The notes beneath the pieces were generated by a model. It did not search any database and was not told the DNA's origin. It saw nothing but the letters and a program-made list of their open reading frames with translations. Positions 9,505-19,251 of a DNA stretch of 64,000 bases are shown here, piece by piece (positions within the stretch are counted from its first letter, which is position 1; each line of letters begins with the position of its first letter). Position numbers and translations under genes: made by a program. Source of the DNA: Candidatus Moraniibacteriota bacterium (GTDB lineage: Bacteria > Patescibacteriota > Minisyncoccia > Moranbacterales > UBA1568); assembly GCA_052034935.1 (NCBI GenBank), contig JBPOIB010000001.1:236173-300172 (forward strand), given 5' to 3'.

Positions 9505-10200
9505 TCATTTCTGGCAGAGCACTTTCACCGGAAACACAACCACTGCATTCCAGATTCGCTTCCACCTTTTTGGCTGCCGCAAGAGTCGCCACAGCCATTC
9601 GAGACCGATGGTTCGAAAGGATTTCGGGGCTCGCGGCACTTTTCCGGTGAGAAAGTCGAAGGCCCCGCCGACCCCTATCGCGAGCCGAATACTTCCCGGA
9701 GAGGATTTCAGTCCAGCCAGCACGATTTCCTGGAGTGGTGCGCCATAATTGCAAAAGACGACATGATAGGGGGCTGGGATTTTACCGAGGAGGCATTCCG
9801 GTGCAAATTTCTCGACTTTCAGATTCGGATAGCTTGTGGCGAGAACCGCCTGGATCTCTTCATATTTCGATAAACCGCCTGGATCAAGCATGAGTCCGAC
9901 GGTAAGTCGCTTCTCATTCGCCTTATCAAGGATTTCGGGCAAAAGATCGGCGCCTGGAATACGCTCGATCAAAGTCTCTCCGGCAAGGAAGAATGGGAGA
10001 TGGAGTCCGAATCCATCAGCGACACGGAGATCGCTCGAGAGGAGTGCTCCTCGGAACGCTGTATTCTTTTCTGAAAGCAAAAGAAACTCTGGATTGACCG
10101 TCGCTATCCGATGGAAACTGGAGTGGCTGAGCCAATCATCGATTTGCTTCAAGACATCAGCCCGGGAAAGATTGTCGATGCCGATGTGGAAGATTTTCAT
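9505..10200 (-). CDS. WecB/TagA/CpsF family (GT26) glycosyltransferase, N-acetylmannosaminyltransferase-like
   Basis: The 231-aa protein matches the GT26 architecture: VATVNPEFLL near the N-terminus and GADLLPEIL...VGLML in the middle. Confidence 0.65.
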   Translation of the reverse strand: MKIFHIGIDNLSRADVLKQIDDWLSHSSFHRIATVNPEFLLLSEKNTAFRGALLSSDLRVADGFGLHLPFFLAGETLIERIPGADLLPEILDKANEKRLTVGLMLDPGGLSKYEEIQAVLATSYPNLKVEKFAPECLLGKIPAPYHVVFCNYGAPLQEIVLAGLKSSPGSIRLAIGVGGAFDFLTGKVPRAPKSFRTIGLEWLWRLLRQPKRWKRIWNAVVVFPVKVLCQK

Positions 10201-10208
10201 AGTATCCT

Positions 10209-10772
10209 CTACACCTTGCTTTCACCACCAAAAGGGAATTCGGCGAGCGGAAGAAAGACGCGCTTGCCATTCTCTGTCGTACTCTCGAAAAGCGTAATGG
10301 TATCGACCGGCTCAATCACATGGAGCGTCTTCGTGAAATCTGGTTTCTCTTCAAGGGCCTCGTACTTGCCGCGGCGAATCTTGGCCAGGGTCACATGCGG
10401 CCGAAAGCTCTTCGATGCTGGAGTGAGGTATTTGAGCGCGTCAGCAACGATATTCCGGAGATCGGTCAACTCGACTGAGTCTTCGCCATTGAATCGAATC
10501 GAGGTCGGGTGATCATTATTCGGCTCAGCTTGGATTTCGGACAAATCGATCTCGAACGGTTCAATATCAATCACCGCGTCTTCCAAAGATTCAATGATGC
10601 GCGGAATCTCCTCTTCCATGATGAAGCCGAGAAAAAGCAGGGAAACATGGAAATTTCCCTTCCGAGTCGGGATAATCGGGAAATCCTTGAAACGGGAAAT
10701 CTCCGATTCCAGACGTTTCTGGAGCCGGTCAGAGAGCGGGATAGCGACAAAAAGGCGGCGGGTGATGAGCAT
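10209..10772 (-). CDS. thpR: RNA 2',3'-cyclic phosphodiesterase / 2'-5' RNA ligase family
   Basis: Two H-x-(T/S)-x motifs are present: FHVSLLFLG and RPHVTLAK. I set the start at the ATG coding MLITRRLFVAIPL (10772). Confidence 0.7.
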   Translation of the reverse strand: MLITRRLFVAIPLSDRLQKRLESEISRFKDFPIIPTRKGNFHVSLLFLGFIMEEEIPRIIESLEDAVIDIEPFEIDLSEIQAEPNNDHPTSIRFNGEDSVELTDLRNIVADALKYLTPASKSFRPHVTLAKIRRGKYEALEEKPDFTKTLHVIEPVDTITLFESTTENGKRVFLPLAEFPFGGESKV

Positions 10773-10857
10773 AGGAGTTAAGCGAGTATACTGAATTTTT
10801 TCCATTCCGGCAAGGGCCGCGAAGCGTTTTTCTCCTGTACAATAAGAGTACTCACTT

Positions 10858-12789
10858 ATGGCCGATTCAAGCCCTCTTTATCGTATCGAAGTCGTTCCAC
10901 TCACGCCGCTTTTCGGCAAACGGAACCCTCGTTTCAGCTATGCTTCGACTGACCCTGTCGTGGCTGGTTCTCTTGTCGCAATTTCTTTCGGCAAGCAGAA
11001 TATCACTGGTATCACGTTCGACTGTGCCCCCCTGCCGGGTCGGGTGCCCGAGTGGATGAAATATGTCGGACCGACGCTCCTCCCCGATTTTCTTACCGCC
11101 GACCAAATCACGCTTGCCGAACGGATGAGCGAAGTACTTTTCGTCCAGCTCGGCCTCGTCCTAAAGCTCTTCCTCCCGGTTGAAAAGAAACCGCGCGAAA
11201 AGAAATCTGATTTAGTGGTGGATAAATCAACTGAGAAAAGATTGAGGAGCACAAAAAAGACCAGAGTGGCCGCCAAAAAGCAGGAGTTTAGATCCGAAGG
11301 TATTACCAATGAACAGGAACTTTTTGAACGACTGATCAAAATTGGAAGAGAGACGAAAGGCGAAAGGAAAACGTTTCTCATCCTCATCCCCGAAGTACTC
11401 GCCGCTGAAGTTCTCTCGGCAAAACTCTCCTCAGCGCTCCCGGAACACCGAATCGGAACGCTTTCAAGCGCTCGAACACCGAGAGAAACATACTTTCTCT
11501 ACGAAGCGATTCGGTCTGGACAGCTCGATATTGTCGTCGGTACGCGCCAAGCGGTCTTCGCGCCCTTTGAGTACCTCGGTCACATCGCCGTCATCGATCC
11601 AGAAAAGCGACTTTCCTATGTGCAGTGGGAGCGAGCACCTCGGTATGATGCTGTTGAAATTGCTGCTTGGATTGCTCTCGCCAAGCATATCCCCTGCTCC
11701 CAACTTTCAATCGCTCCTGGTCTGGAATATTATGCCGGGAAGAAGCGAGCTATTGGGAAGTCTTTCCGCTTCTCGGAAGAACACGACCTCGCTATCGTCG
11801 ACATGCGGCCCGGCTACCAGTCGCGGCAACGAGGAAATCACGCGCTCTCATTCGAGCTGGTTCAGGCGATTCGAAAGGTCTCCAAAGAAAACGGGTCGGT
11901 TCTTATTCTCGTGAAGCAACGAGGATTAGCTCGTTTTTCGCTCTGCGCCAAATGTCAGACTGTGCTCCGCTGTCCCGAGTGTGAGACCGCTCTGACCGAG
12001 GTCAAAAGTGGAACCTACCATTGTCTCAACTGCCGTTATCATGCACCGCTGTTTCCGGCCTGCGCGAATTGCCATGAAATGACTTTCCGGAGTTTTGGTG
12101 CTGGAACCGAGGCCGTGGCAAGAGAGGTATCCCGCGAGTTTCAGGGTGAATCTATCGTGATTGACCGCGATACCCAGACCAAGGAACACCAATTCCGGGC
12201 GCTTACCGAAAAACTCAGTGATCCGTCGGCTCCGCGCTGCATCATCTCGACCTACGAGTCCGCTGAAAGCTTGCTGCTTGGATCATTCAGTCTCATTGCT
12301 ATGGTTGAGCCGGATCAGGGCCTCTTTTTCCCGGATTATCAGTCAGAGGAACGGCTCTGGCGATCACTGCACCGTTTTGGCGGCAAACTTGGCCGAGGCG
12401 GAAAACTCTACGTCCAAACCTTTGAACCTGAGTCGAAACACTGGACGACTTGGGTACGAGAACCGCTCGCGATAACGGCTGAGGCTTTTCTGGAAGAGCG
12501 GAAACTGCTCCACTACCCCCCATATTACCGTTTCATCCAGCTCGAATGCCGAGCAAGCGAGAAAATAACGTCGCTGGCTGTTGCCGAAAAAACCGAGACT
12601 GCTATCCGATTACTGGGGCTTGAAACAATCGAGGTCCTCCCTCGTTACCTCCCCTTCAGTCGAAAAAACGACTATCATATCCTTATCCGCCTAAAGGCTG
12701 GAGAAGAAGTCCCCGACCGCCTCAGAATCTTTCTCTCCACTCTTGACCAATCAGTCAAAATCACGCATAATCCAGTATCATTGCACTAA
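10858..12789 (+). CDS. priA: Primosomal protein N' (PriA-like) with intact Zn-binding Cys cluster but degenerate helicase motifs
   Basis: The N-terminal 3'-DNA-binding-like region is YRIEVVPLTPLF. The Cys cluster reads CAKCQTVLRCPECETAL...CLNCRYHAPLFPACANC. The expected Walker A (GxTGSGKT) and DEEH box are replaced by KGERKTFLIL and IDPEK. The gene order priA-def-fmt is conserved. Confidence 0.7.
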   Translation: MADSSPLYRIEVVPLTPLFGKRNPRFSYASTDPVVAGSLVAISFGKQNITGITFDCAPLPGRVPEWMKYVGPTLLPDFLTADQITLAERMSEVLFVQLGLVLKLFLPVEKKPREKKSDLVVDKSTEKRLRSTKKTRVAAKKQEFRSEGITNEQELFERLIKIGRETKGERKTFLILIPEVLAAEVLSAKLSSALPEHRIGTLSSARTPRETYFLYEAIRSGQLDIVVGTRQAVFAPFEYLGHIAVIDPEKRLSYVQWERAPRYDAVEIAAWIALAKHIPCSQLSIAPGLEYYAGKKRAIGKSFRFSEEHDLAIVDMRPGYQSRQRGNHALSFELVQAIRKVSKENGSVLILVKQRGLARFSLCAKCQTVLRCPECETALTEVKSGTYHCLNCRYHAPLFPACANCHEMTFRSFGAGTEAVAREVSREFQGESIVIDRDTQTKEHQFRALTEKLSDPSAPRCIISTYESAESLLLGSFSLIAMVEPDQGLFFPDYQSEERLWRSLHRFGGKLGRGGKLYVQTFEPESKHWTTWVREPLAITAEAFLEERKLLHYPPYYRFIQLECRASEKITSLAVAEKTETAIRLLGLETIEVLPRYLPFSRKNDYHILIRLKAGEEVPDRLRIFLSTLDQSVKITHNPVSLH

Positions 12790-12801
12790 TCGAGCGCGCC
12801 T

Positions 12802-13272
12802 ATGTACAGTATCGTCACCGGTGCCGAAAACGATATCCTCCACGCCAAGAACGAGAATGTGAAAGATCCGCTTTCGCCGGAAATCCAATCACTGCTTCCA
12901 GAAATGCTGGTCGCTATGCGGAAAGCAGACGGCATCGGATTGGCAGCGCCCCAGATTGGCAAGAATATTCGCGTCTGTGTCGTTGAGATTGAAGGTGTCA
13001 TCCGGAACTTTATCAACCCGAAGATTGCGAGCTTCTCGCGCGAAAAGATCATTTTCGAAGAAGGCTGCCTCAGCCTTCCTGGCGAGCTCTTTCCGATCGA
13101 ACGTTCAGAGACCATCACAATCCGCTACCTGGATGAAACCGGAGCAAACCGGAAGCTGAAACTGCGCGGGCTCTGGGCGATCTGTCTCCAGCATGAGCTC
13201 GACCATCTCGACGGTATCCTTATCTGCGATCGATACAAAAACCAAAAAAATAAACATGTCTATGCCCTCTGA
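12802..13272 (+). CDS. def: Peptide deformylase
   Basis: All three Def signature motifs are present: GIGLAAPQIG, EGCLSLPG and HELDHLDG. Confidence 0.9.
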   Translation: MYSIVTGAENDILHAKNENVKDPLSPEIQSLLPEMLVAMRKADGIGLAAPQIGKNIRVCVVEIEGVIRNFINPKIASFSREKIIFEEGCLSLPGELFPIERSETITIRYLDETGANRKLKLRGLWAICLQHELDHLDGILICDRYKNQKNKHVYAL

Positions 13273-14260
13273 AAAAGATTCCGAAGCACTCGCCGCAACC
13301 TTCAAGGCTCCGCAAGTATCCGTCGTCTTCATGGGAACGCCCGAGTTCGCAGCCACAGCTCTGAAAGCACTCATCGCTGAACACTACAATATTGTCGGTA
13401 TTGTCACCCAGCCGGACCGGAAAACTGGGCGCAAACAGGAATTGACCGCCCCGCCGGTAAAAACGGTCGCGGTCGAACATAAATTACCCCTTCTCCAACC
13501 GGAAAAGCTCGATGCCGAAACAATCGATACGCTCTCCTCTTGGAAGCCAGATGTCATTGTCGTCGCTGCCTACGGAAAAATCTTACCGGAGAGCATCCTC
13601 TCTCTCCCCGGTTTCGGCTGCATCAATATCCATGCCTCGCTCCTCCCTCGCTGGCGAGGCGCTTCGCCCGTCGCGAACGCGCTCATGGCTGGTGACGAAG
13701 AGACCGGTGTCACGCTTATGGAGCTCGACCGAGGAATGGATACCGGGGCAATTATCGCAACCGAGAAGACTCTCATCGGCCCTGATGAACGTGCGCCAGA
13801 ACTTCTCGATCGCCTGTCGGAGATAGGAGCAAAGCTGCTCGTCGCGACACTCCCACTTTGGATCAAACGAAAGATCACCGCCGCGTCGCAACCAGAAGAC
13901 GGCATCACTCTCTGCCAGCTCATTGATCGAGAAGATGGCCATATTTTCTGGACGATGGAAGCGACCGCTATCTATAATCACTACCGTGGACTCTATCCCT
14001 GGCCAGGACTGTTCACGTACTGGCGGCGCGGTGAAGACGATGTGGTCCGGATTAAGCTCCACGAAATAAGCCTGCAAAAAACTCCTCCCGCCATCGCTCA
14101 GCCAGCTGGGAGTGTCGTCGAAATCGGCGAAAAGGTCGGGGTAGTCACCGGTGCCGGAGTCATCTTTCTGCTCAAACTCCAGCTCGAAGGCAAGGAGACA
14201 GTTTCAATCACCGAATTTATCAAAGGATATCCAGAGTTTGTCGGCTCCGTACTCATGTAA
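13256..14260 (+). CDS. fmt: Methionyl-tRNA formyltransferase
   Basis: VVFMGTPEFA is the N-terminal motif and HASLLPRWRGASP is the formyltransferase motif. The start is likely ATG 13256 (MSMPSEKD), overlapping the def stop by 17 nt. Confidence 0.85.
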   Translation: MSMPSEKDSEALAATFKAPQVSVVFMGTPEFAATALKALIAEHYNIVGIVTQPDRKTGRKQELTAPPVKTVAVEHKLPLLQPEKLDAETIDTLSSWKPDVIVVAAYGKILPESILSLPGFGCINIHASLLPRWRGASPVANALMAGDEETGVTLMELDRGMDTGAIIATEKTLIGPDERAPELLDRLSEIGAKLLVATLPLWIKRKITAASQPEDGITLCQLIDREDGHIFWTMEATAIYNHYRGLYPWPGLFTYWRRGEDDVVRIKLHEISLQKTPPAIAQPAGSVVEIGEKVGVVTGAGVIFLLKLQLEGKETVSITEFIKGYPEFVGSVLM

Positions 14261-14278
14261 GTCATTTCTGAATTTCCT

Positions 14279-15088
14279 ATGCCTAGGCAGAACCGAAGTG
14301 AGGGAAAAATACTGGTCATACTCGCCGTGCTAATGCTCGGCGGCGCCGCGTTCATGCTGGGTAAGGCCTGGTACCTTCATTCTCAGGAAAAAAAGGTGGC
14401 GGAGGAAATCACCGATGGCCTCACCGCACTACGCTACATGAGCCCGAAGAATATCCTTGACCGCATCGCGAAGAATGAAGAGCTCCAGTTCATCGACGTC
14501 CGTCCTCGTGAAGCATTCGACCGCGACCATATCATCGATTCGGACTGGCTCGGTCTCGCCGAAATTGCATACTACAATGCACCGGCCGGAAAACTTGTCA
14601 TCATCGTCTACGGTGAAGAGAATTCAAATGATCAGTTGCGGGAAATCAATGCACTGTATACGAAGAAGGGACTCTCTTTCGCCTTTCTCGAAGGTGGCAT
14701 ACGGAATTGGGTAGCTGAGGGCGGAGGCCTCGTGAGCGAGGCCGACCCTGCATCTTTTCTAGACCGGACGAAGATCATCCCAATCGAACCGGAAAATGTC
14801 ATCACCCTCCAGGAATCCCTCGTCCGCAGTACTATTCTGGATGTCCGAACCGATCGAGAATTCGCGGCCGGACATATCCCAGGCGCAATCAATATCCCCT
14901 TGTCGCGGCTCGAAAAAGAGCGAGGAACCATTCCTTCGATTGGCTCACTCTTCGTATATGGTGACACCGAGACAGATAGTTTCCAGGCGGGCGCCAAACT
15001 TTTTGATATGGGTTACATCGGCTTACGCGTTATCACCGGCGGCTACACCGCCTGGAAAGAGAAGGGGTTGCCTGTTGAAAAGAAATAA
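14279..15088 (+). CDS. Rhodanese-domain protein (two rhodanese-like domains) with N-terminal TM anchor
   Basis: The N-terminal TM is ILVILAVLMLGGAAFML. Two repeats share the pattern D(V/I)R...EF..GHI(PG). The C-terminal TGGYTAWKEKGLPV is typical of rhodanese domains. Confidence 0.65.
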   Translation: MPRQNRSEGKILVILAVLMLGGAAFMLGKAWYLHSQEKKVAEEITDGLTALRYMSPKNILDRIAKNEELQFIDVRPREAFDRDHIIDSDWLGLAEIAYYNAPAGKLVIIVYGEENSNDQLREINALYTKKGLSFAFLEGGIRNWVAEGGGLVSEADPASFLDRTKIIPIEPENVITLQESLVRSTILDVRTDREFAAGHIPGAINIPLSRLEKERGTIPSIGSLFVYGDTETDSFQAGAKLFDMGYIGLRVITGGYTAWKEKGLPVEKK

Positions 15089-15118
15089 AAAAATCAGGTT
15101 GTTAACCTGATTTTTTTA
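15086..15118. terminator. Bidirectional rho-independent terminator between rhodanese gene and groES
   Basis: A perfect 9-bp stem aatcaggtt-gtt-aacctgatt is flanked by aaaaaaa on the 5' side and tttttttat on the 3' side. Confidence 0.8.
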
Positions 15119-15142
15119 TCGGATAGGAGAAACGGAAGACTG

Positions 15143-15424
15143 TTAGCCCTCGACAATCGCCAAAACATCTTTGAAATTCAAGATGACATACTCCTCATTG
15201 GCAATTTTCACTTCCTCACTCGAGCCATAACGCTTAAAAATAACCGTATCACCCTTTTTGACGGCAATCTCTTTATGAGACCCGACTGCGACTACTGTAC
15301 CCTGCTGACCCCGTTCGCCTGAAGCGCTTTCAGGGAGGTAGAGGCCCGACTGCGTTCTACTTTCTTTTGTTTCGATTTTTACGAGAACATTCTCGCCAAG
15401 CGGCTGGATACGAACTTTTGGCAT
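15143..15424 (-). CDS. groS: Co-chaperonin GroES (10 kDa chaperonin); no groEL adjacent
   Basis: The protein starts MPKVRIQPLGENVLVK and ends GTVVAVG...KKGDTVIFKRYGSSEEVKIANEEYVILNFKDVLAIVEG. I set the start at ATG 15424. Confidence 0.85.
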   Translation of the reverse strand: MPKVRIQPLGENVLVKIETKESRTQSGLYLPESASGERGQQGTVVAVGSHKEIAVKKGDTVIFKRYGSSEEVKIANEEYVILNFKDVLAIVEG

Positions 15425-15499
15425 ACTGGAAAAATTAAGCAGATTAGCTTCTTCTTTACCCACATTGTACCGTCCGTTAGCAGACTGGTCAAGAGAGTG

Positions 15500-15919
15500 C
15501 TAATGTCGGCTACTTGCAAATAGGTGATCCAACTCGATCACTGCCTTCGCCGGATTGGTATCAAAAAGCTGGAGAAAGTAGTCTTTTCGGCTTTGTTTTC
15601 CAGGCTCTGGCGGATAAGAATACTCCATAATTTCATTCCGAAACCATACACCAAGCTCGATCATCCAGTCCATCTTCACTTCATCATAACTATCATCAGG
15701 CAAAACAAACTGCTTCCCCTTCATGTCAACCCATGCTTTCTGTAAACAGTTTGATTGAAATCTTTCTAAGTCCTCCCTGTTTTTGTGATCATCCTTTGCT
15801 TCCTGATAGAGGGAAACCGTTTCTTCTATCGATTGCAAAACGCTTATTTCAGGTTTTTCTCTAGCTGCTTCAGGCGTGCTTCCGGGAACCGCTTCAGATT
15901 GAATGGGAAATTCTTTCAT
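15500..15919 (-). CDS. Hypothetical protein (139 aa), low-GC
   Basis: The ORF exactly fills the gap between ctpA and groS on the same strand. GC is about 43% against a locus value of about 55%. No motif was recognised. Confidence 0.45.
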   Translation of the reverse strand: MKEFPIQSEAVPGSTPEAAREKPEISVLQSIEETVSLYQEAKDDHKNREDLERFQSNCLQKAWVDMKGKQFVLPDDSYDEVKMDWMIELGVWFRNEIMEYSYPPEPGKQSRKDYFLQLFDTNPAKAVIELDHLFASSRH

Positions 15920-15932
15920 AAACAGTACTTTG

Positions 15933-17195
15933 TTAGTTCAGTTTTTCTTGAAGCAACACTAATGCTCGGTCGAACTGAGGGTCGCGATCAGCCTCGATAT
16001 CCTCGCGTGTCAGCTTCACTGTCTCATCAGGATCGATTCCGACCTTGTTAATCTGATTTCCCTTCGGCGTCAGCCACCGAGCAATAGTTATTTTCACGGA
16101 GGTATTACTCGAAGTCGGGATAAGCTCTTGAACAGAACCCTTGCCGTAGGACTTCCCGCCGACCAAAAGTGTATCCGAGCGATTCTCGCGGATGCCCGCT
16201 GCCAAAATTTCTGACGCGCTTGCGCTGCCTTCATTAATGAGAATGACAACTGGTAGGGAGCCGAAAACATTGTCGCCGCGCGTTCTCAGTTCTTTGCGTT
16301 CTTTCTTTGCATCTTCCTCCATCACCACTACCGATCCCGCTGGCAAAAAGTATCCTCCGAGCTCAACTGCGGCATCGAGAAATCCACCAGGATTATTCCG
16401 CACATCCAAGAGGATGCCCTTGGCTCCCTGGCGTTTGATATCGCTTGCTGCTTGAGCGAACTCATCTGTCGTATCTTCACCGAAGCGGGTCACTCTGATT
16501 ACGGCGATGTCCTCACGCATTTCAACAATGATGCTCTTCACGACGATCACGTCACGGCGAACAGAAACTTCGCGGAGCTCATCCTCTTCCGGGTGAAAGA
16601 GGGAAAGGGTGACCTCTGTTCCACGCGGACCGCGGATGCGATCGACTGCTTCCTGCAAATCCAAGTTCTCCGTCGATTCCCCATTGATTTTGAGCACCTT
16701 GTCGCCCGCGCGGATGCCCGCCTTCTCTGCCGGTGAGCCGTCGAGCGGAGCGACAACAGTTAGAATGCCGTCTTTGATCTGCATTTCGGCGCCGATACCG
16801 TCGAACGACTGGGCGAGCTCTTCTTTAAATTCTTTGTTCTCTTTCGGATCAAAGAAGGTCGTGTACGGATCACCGGTCGCCGCAAGCATGCCGTCGATCG
16901 CGCCATAGAAGAGGGTCTTTGCGTCGAGCGCGTCGTGTTCGACATATCTCTCGCCAAGAAGATTCCAAACCTTCCAGAAAAGAGAGAAGTCGATGCTCGC
17001 ATCCTGTCCCTCGGTCGTACCACGAAAAACCGCTTCGTTCACCGCAATCGGTGCGTCGGTCATAGCCGGCCCGAATTTTCCTTTCTGGTAGCCAGCATAG
17101 AAGGCGAAGATGACAAGTCCGATAATGGCGCCCGCGACAATCAAGCGCCGACTCTTCTCTGGCTGACTGGGTGAAACCTGTTCGTTCTGATCCAT
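15933..17195 (-). CDS. S41 family C-terminal processing peptidase (CtpA-like) with PDZ domain and N-terminal TM
   Basis: The PDZ region is GAEMQIKDGILTVVAPLDGSPAEKAGIRAGDKVLKING. The S41 core is PVVILINEGSASASEILAAGI...GGKSYGKGSVQ. The TM segment is LIVAGAIIGLVIFAFYAGY. Confidence 0.85.
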   Translation of the reverse strand: MDQNEQVSPSQPEKSRRLIVAGAIIGLVIFAFYAGYQKGKFGPAMTDAPIAVNEAVFRGTTEGQDASIDFSLFWKVWNLLGERYVEHDALDAKTLFYGAIDGMLAATGDPYTTFFDPKENKEFKEELAQSFDGIGAEMQIKDGILTVVAPLDGSPAEKAGIRAGDKVLKINGESTENLDLQEAVDRIRGPRGTEVTLSLFHPEEDELREVSVRRDVIVVKSIIVEMREDIAVIRVTRFGEDTTDEFAQAASDIKRQGAKGILLDVRNNPGGFLDAAVELGGYFLPAGSVVVMEEDAKKERKELRTRGDNVFGSLPVVILINEGSASASEILAAGIRENRSDTLLVGGKSYGKGSVQELIPTSSNTSVKITIARWLTPKGNQINKVGIDPDETVKLTREDIEADRDPQFDRALVLLQEKLN

Positions 17196-17199
17196 ATGT

Positions 17200-18024
17200 T
17201 TATTGATGCTCTGGCAATGATTTACCCCGGTACTTGAGAAAATACCGGATGGCGCTCTCGATGTGATACCAGGTGAGCCGATTCATGAAGAGCGAACGAA
17301 AGAACCCACCACGAGCGCTCCCCTTCGCATGATAGTGATAGACAACCGCCGATGGAGTATAGACGACGCGATAGCCTTTTTCCCAGAAGCGCCGACACCA
17401 ATCAACATCTTCCATATACATAAAGAACTGCCTATCCATCGCGCCCACGGCTTCTACCGCGCTCCGCGGAGCAAAGAGCGCCGAACCCATGATCCAGTCC
17501 ACTTCCCGTTCATAGCTATGATCAAAATCTTTCATCGTGAACCATTCGAGGTGTCGGCGTCCGAACGATAGCCGGGAAAGCCAGGTCCGGCGGAAGAGTA
17601 TCGTCCACGGCCGGTAGAAACGCAGACAGGTCGCTTGAAGCGAACCGTTAAAATTAAGCTGCTTGGGACCGACTAAGCCGACATCCGGATGTGCCTTGAC
17701 ATAGGCGAGGAGATTTGGAATAGTCTCCGGCTGGATAATGATGTCAGCATTAATGAAGAAGATGTATTCGCCAGATGACTCCTTAATCGAATCGTTGATG
17801 AGACGGCCAAAGCCGACATTTTCCGGATGTGGAAAAAAACGCACCTCGGGGAATTCTTCCCGCAAAATAAGCTCTGTGTCTTCTTCAGTAGCGCTATCAA
17901 CGACGAGTACTTCGTAGGTAAAATCTGCCTTATCCCGGAGCTCCCGGCGGATAGCCTCAAGGCAGAGCCTGAGGAGTTCAGGGCTTCGATAACTGTTGAC
18001 GGCGATCGAAACCAGTGGGGTCAT
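17200..18024 (-). CDS. Glycosyltransferase family 2
   Basis: GT-A fold markers are present: VSIAVNSYRSPELL...VLVVDSATEED, and FFINADIII (DxD-like). Confidence 0.7.
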   Translation of the reverse strand: MTPLVSIAVNSYRSPELLRLCLEAIRRELRDKADFTYEVLVVDSATEEDTELILREEFPEVRFFPHPENVGFGRLINDSIKESSGEYIFFINADIIIQPETIPNLLAYVKAHPDVGLVGPKQLNFNGSLQATCLRFYRPWTILFRRTWLSRLSFGRRHLEWFTMKDFDHSYEREVDWIMGSALFAPRSAVEAVGAMDRQFFMYMEDVDWCRRFWEKGYRVVYTPSAVVYHYHAKGSARGGFFRSLFMNRLTWYHIESAIRYFLKYRGKSLPEHQ

Positions 18025-18029
18025 GGGTG

Positions 18030-19238
18030 TTACGGAAGAGTCTGAAACAGAGCGCGGATACGGTCATAGTTGTCTCCGCGTGGCAGAAGGATATAGCCAG
18101 CACCATTGGTAGCCGGTGGGGCATAGAGGAGGCCCTCTTCAGAATTCTCAAGCACAAACTGCTTCAGAGATGCATCTTGACTCTCTTGGTAAAGTTCGAG
18201 GAAACGCTTCGCCTCCCAAGCCTCAGCTTTGAGCTGCATATTCTCGCCGAGGCTCTCCAGGAGCGCATTGATCTTTCCGAAGTCGGTTAACGTCCCAGCC
18301 GAAAGTGCCTTCTCTTTGATCGCCTGGATTACCTGCTGCTGGCGCCGGGCGCGCTCGAAATCGTTCGACGTTGCGCGGGATCGAGCATAGCAGAGTGCTG
18401 TTTCGCCGTTGAGCTGATTCGCTCCGGCAGCAAGTTTGAAATTTCCACCGCACTCAAGCGTTTCGGGTTTGATTTTGGCATAGCAGAGCGGGTAGCGTTT
18501 CGGATTGTCATAATACTCCCCGTTTTTCCGCTGGATGCGCTTTTCTTCATAGTTACCCGAGGGAATTGTATAGGTGATACCGTCACAGCGTTGCTCAAGC
18601 CCCAGGAATTGGACGCTTTCTTGAAACGGCTGGTCGAGCGTGATGGTGATACCGCCGAGCGCATCAATGAGCTCCTTGAAGCCTTCGAAGTTAATTACCG
18701 CTGCATAAGGAATCGTGAGCCCGGTCACTTCTCCCACAATAGTCTGCATATCCTCCAACCCGCCGCCAGCACCGCGTTCTTCACCAAGCGCATACACCGC
18801 GTTAATCTTGCGATTCTCTTGCCGGCCGGGCACCTTCACGTAAAGATCTCGCGGGATAGAGACGAGCGAAGCCCGAGCCGTATCACCCTCTTTTGTCCCA
18901 TCCTTCGGATGAAGCGAGAGTACCATGATCGTATCGGCCAGAAGCCCACCGCCGGGAACATTCTTGCCGCGCATGCCGAGGATGAGCACATTGACGCGAC
19001 CATCCTTTTCTCCCTTAAGCTCATCCTTCGTCCCAGGAAGCGTCTTGACGAGATTCTTGAATATCCCGTCTTCACCGAGCGAAATTTTGTTCAGGATAAA
19101 ACCGGCCTTGATACTGAAGGCGATGCCAGCAATGAGAGCGAGCACAACAAAAAAAACTCCGATCCGGACAATTCGCTTCTTTTTCGCCGAAGACGGCAAA
19201 GCGGCTTCTGGAGCCGCATTCTTGTTCAAGAATGACAT
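18030..19238 (-). CDS. LytR-CpsA-Psr (LCP) family glycopolymer-to-peptidoglycan phosphotransferase
   Basis: VNVLILGMRG...LADTIMVLSLHP...ASLVSIPRDLYV is the LCP core. The N-terminus has a TM segment. I set the start at ATG 19238 (MSFLNKNAAPEA). Confidence 0.8.
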   Translation of the reverse strand: MSFLNKNAAPEAALPSSAKKKRIVRIGVFFVVLALIAGIAFSIKAGFILNKISLGEDGIFKNLVKTLPGTKDELKGEKDGRVNVLILGMRGKNVPGGGLLADTIMVLSLHPKDGTKEGDTARASLVSIPRDLYVKVPGRQENRKINAVYALGEERGAGGGLEDMQTIVGEVTGLTIPYAAVINFEGFKELIDALGGITITLDQPFQESVQFLGLEQRCDGITYTIPSGNYEEKRIQRKNGEYYDNPKRYPLCYAKIKPETLECGGNFKLAAGANQLNGETALCYARSRATSNDFERARRQQQVIQAIKEKALSAGTLTDFGKINALLESLGENMQLKAEAWEAKRFLELYQESQDASLKQFVLENSEEGLLYAPPATNGAGYILLPRGDNYDRIRALFQTLP

Positions 19239-19251
19239 GATAACCAAGAGA

